Below, piece by piece: positions 62,992 to 64,000 of a stretch of 64,000 nt of DNA. Where the stretch lies: positions 1-64,000 of the IMG/VR virus record IMGVR_UViG_3300037245_001077. The stretch is one strand, 5' to 3'. The translations under genes and the position numbers were made by a program. The DNA is from a virus. The notes under the pieces are model-generated. The model saw only the letters and a list, made by a program, of their open reading frames with translations. It searched no databases and was not told the origin of the DNA. The stretch's first letter is position 1. The number at the start of each line of letters is the position of its first letter.

Positions 62992-64000
62992 CAATGGCCA
63001 AGAAAGCAGAGCACTGGGATGACAACTGGCGTATGAGTGAGTCATGCAGCAACTTTACTAAGGATGACATGAATGAGTTTGGGTACTGGGTAGAAGGGAT
63101 CATATCTACTAGGTATGGTTATGTGACTACTTACTCGCAGGAAGACCATACAGATATCCGTTTCATTTGGGACGGGCGCATGTATTCTCGTGGTTGGCAG
63201 AGGGAGTATAGCCAACAGTTCATAGTGACATTGGCCAAGCGGTTCGTGCGTGAGATCACTGGACATGAGCAGGTGGGATGATGCAGGAGAAATTAGACCC
63301 CGAGAAGAAGTTGGACGGCATACAGAAGATAGATTGGACTAACGAAGCAGAGCGGCCCCACAAGGGGCTGCTTAACATGTTACCCAAGTTCATGCGTAAC
63401 TGGAGTGCTCCCAAGGGTTACAACTACGATAGGGAGATGGCTCGTAGACGCAGGCAGATTGAGAGTGGCACTCTCAAGAAAGAGAATGGTTTGTATGACG
63501 GATAAACGAGAGTACTCACCAGGATGGGGTGATGGTAAAGAGGCGGTTATTGCCGATGATATCTTCAGGGCAGAGATAAACTACAACGGCGCTCACCCAC
63601 ATCTGCCTGGTGACTTCATACGGCGTAAGGTGGATGGGGAGTGGGTGCTTATCAAGGGGGAAAAGTTTGACAATCTAAGAGCGGCCATACGCTGGTTGGA
63701 AGAGTACTGGACGGGGTGTGCCCCATGGAAAGAGGATTTGGACGACTATCAGATCAGTGAGATGACTAGGCGCATAAATGCGCTTAGAAAGATGGTGGGG
63801 GTATGAAGGTTAAATTCGAGTTGAATGGTGAGACTTATGAGGTTGACCCTTGCCCCAATTGTGGTAGTGGTAATCTATTCTTTGATGCGGGTATGTTGGC
63901 AGGGACCATTAAGTGTATTGGTTGTGACTATCGGGTTGTACATGAGGATATCTTTGAGGCTATTATTTATTGGGGCGGTGGGAAAATGAAGGTATGCCCA

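Larger units (their letters stand above)
59721..63806 (+). other. array of short hypothetical CDSs (59721-60119, 60112-60570, 60567-61142, 61156-61317, 61317-61529, 61529-61777, 61774-62196, 62403-62738, 62994-63281, 63278-63505, 63495-63806)
   Basis: Coupled + strand ORFs with RBS; several Cys-rich Zn-ribbon proteins. Confidence 0.65.

Overview
This window looks like 64 kb of a large dsDNA bacteriophage genome in the standard genetic code, with sigma70-type promoters and strong GGAGG/AGAAAGGAG ribosome-binding sites. Almost all genes are on the + strand. In order it contains: (1) DnaB helicase and primase; (2) one convergent minus-strand gene for an extremely basic 714-aa protein punctuated by [LVM]-x-E motifs; (3) a palindrome-rich divergent intergenic region; (4) an early or host-takeover-like array of small ORFs with repeated intergenic hairpins (5.2-20.7 kb); (5) a MoxR/CobS AAA+ ATPase and HExxH-VWA operon with two large unknown partners; (6) a family A DNA polymerase split into a UDG/3'-5' exonuclease gene and a polymerase gene, separated by a membrane-protein ORF; (7) a secreted Pro/Thr-stalked protein with thioester-domain motifs; (8) a recombination block (UvsY-like, gp32-like SSB, RecA, SbcD/SbcC, resolvase), a degenerate NYN protein, a TerS-like HTH and a Bro-N protein; (9) two candidate structured RNAs at 48.6-49.1 kb, one displaying an anti-Shine-Dalgarno sequence; (10) a long array of short ORFans including an Acb2/Tad1-like sponge. 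I recognised no CRISPR array, tRNA, rRNA, integrase or transposase. All family assignments come from motifs read by eye, not from database searches.
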